From: an uncultured bacterium
GTDB lineage: Bacteria > UBP7 > UBA6624
Reading direction: 5' to 3'
Length of the DNA stretch: 47,802 nucleotides
Assembly: GCA_964012435.1 (NCBI GenBank)
Contig: CAXGSM010000011.1
Location: 1 to 47,802 of the forward strand
Every line of letters begins with the position of its first letter. Within the stretch, counting starts at the first letter, position 1. Shown piece after piece: positions 47,063 through 47,802 of this stretch. Under the pieces are notes generated by a model. It saw only the letters and a program-made list of their open reading frames with translations. It ran no database searches and was not told the DNA's origin. The position numbers and the translations under genes were made by a program.

Positions 47063-47395
47063 ATGCCGAAAGTCGACCCTTCTGTACTGCAGAAGGCGAC
47101 ATTAGACGACGTTTTGAAGGCGTTGAAGACCTTGAGAAAATTAGGTCCAATGGGGATGAATATGGTAAAAAAGCTTCCAATGATGAAAAATTTACCTGCA
47201 GGTGCGCTTGATGCAAAAAAACTCAAATCTTTTGAGTCTGCACTAGAGGCGTTAACCAATGATGAAAGAAGGACAGGCAAGGTGTCAAAAGACAGAATAA
47301 AAGAGATCGCAAAACCAAATGGTTTAAAAGACAGAGAATTAAAAGCTATATTCGAAATGTTCAAATCAATGAAGTCGAATGCTGGAGGAAGATAA
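47063..47395 (+). CDS. Stand-alone SRP54/Ffh M-domain-like protein
   Basis: TLDD.L..L....KLGP, Met-rich loop, LKSFES....LT..ER, RI..IA...G; immediately upstream of rpsP; alternative ATG at 47045. Confidence 0.75.
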   Translation: MPKVDPSVLQKATLDDVLKALKTLRKLGPMGMNMVKKLPMMKNLPAGALDAKKLKSFESALEALTNDERRTGKVSKDRIKEIAKPNGLKDRELKAIFEMFKSMKSNAGGR

Positions 47396-47802
47396 TGGAA
47401 TTAAAAATTAGATTAGCCAGGGTTGGAAGAAGAAAGCAACCAGCCTATCGTATCGTGGTGACAAAAGCACGATCTGCAAGAGCAAACAAAGCTCTAGAGG
47501 TAATTGGACAATATGGGATCAGTTTCCCAGGCAGCCCTTTGAAGGTTGATGTAGCCAAATATGATGAGTGGGTTTCAAAAGGTGCGCAACCAACAGAAAG
47601 AGCAAGAAAATTAATCAACAAATATAAAGCAGCCAACACTTCAGATATTTTGTTGCAAGCTGAGGAATTAAGAGCACCAAAAAAGAAGGTCGCACCACCT
47701 CAAGAGATAGTTGAAGAGGTAAAGGCAGAGGCCCCGGCAGAAGAGGCAAAGGCAGAGGCCCCGGCAGAAGAGGCAAAGGCAGAGGCCCCGGCAGAAGAGG
47801 CA
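47395..47802 (+). CDS. rpsP: 30S ribosomal protein S16 with acidic/Ala-rich C-terminal extension; runs off the window edge
   Basis: Translated by hand: MELKIRLARVGRRKQPAYRIVV...EVIG.Y...W..KGAQPTE; GGAGG upstream; TAATG overlap. Confidence 0.93.
   Translation, partial: MELKIRLARVGRRKQPAYRIVVTKARSARANKALEVIGQYGISFPGSPLKVDVAKYDEWVSKGAQPTERARKLINKYKAANTSDILLQAEELRAPKKKVAPPQEIVEEVKAEAPAEEAKAEAPAEEAKAEAPAEEA
47713..47802 (+). repeat. 27-bp tandem repeat, at least 3.3 copies (GAAGAGGCAAAGGCAGAGGCCCCGGCA)
   Basis: Read directly; encodes EEAKAEAPA in the S16 tail; the first copy has one mismatch. Confidence 0.95.

Noticed and set aside
51..47639. Many 60-170 aa antisense or alternative-frame ORFs (e.g. 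24242-24748, 30626-31078, 47035-47364)
   Set aside because: They shadow well-supported genes and show no motifs or translation signals.
1..47802. Stop-codon reassignment (TGA or TAG as sense)
   Set aside because: Conserved genes are full length under the standard code, all three stops terminate genes, and RF2 is present.

Overview
AT-rich, very compact bacterial chromosome segment; many genes are coupled through overlapping stop/start codons. It carries the replication-initiation cluster (dnaA-dnaN-DciA-like-PGM-like-gyrB), a 2-oxoacid dehydrogenase E1a/E1b/E2 block with lipA/lipB, acyl-CoA and 2-oxoacid genes (2 thiolases, 2 3-hydroxyacyl-CoA dehydrogenases, LeuA-like, LeuC-like, IlvC-like), three tRNAs, rpmH-rnpA-yidD-yidC, prfB, topA, tsaD, ppdK and the start of rpsP. 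An SLH plus beta-barrel protein points to a diderm envelope of the Terrabacteria type (inference). I saw no mobile element, prophage or CRISPR array. The most striking observation is a ~110-aa stand-alone Ffh/SRP54 M-domain-like gene in the usual ffh position before rpsP, with no NG GTPase domain and with its RNA-binding motifs substituted. Other notable items: a DnaA with a rewritten DNA-binding signature next to a DnaA-trio-like tract; two tRNA-Arg (one GCG) lacking A20; a CsoR-type operator in front of the lipoyl-dependent dehydrogenase; an M48 protease-ComEA HhH lipoprotein fusion; several apparent pseudoenzymes; and repeated leaderless-type -10 boxes. All family assignments come from reading motifs by eye; no database searches were run.
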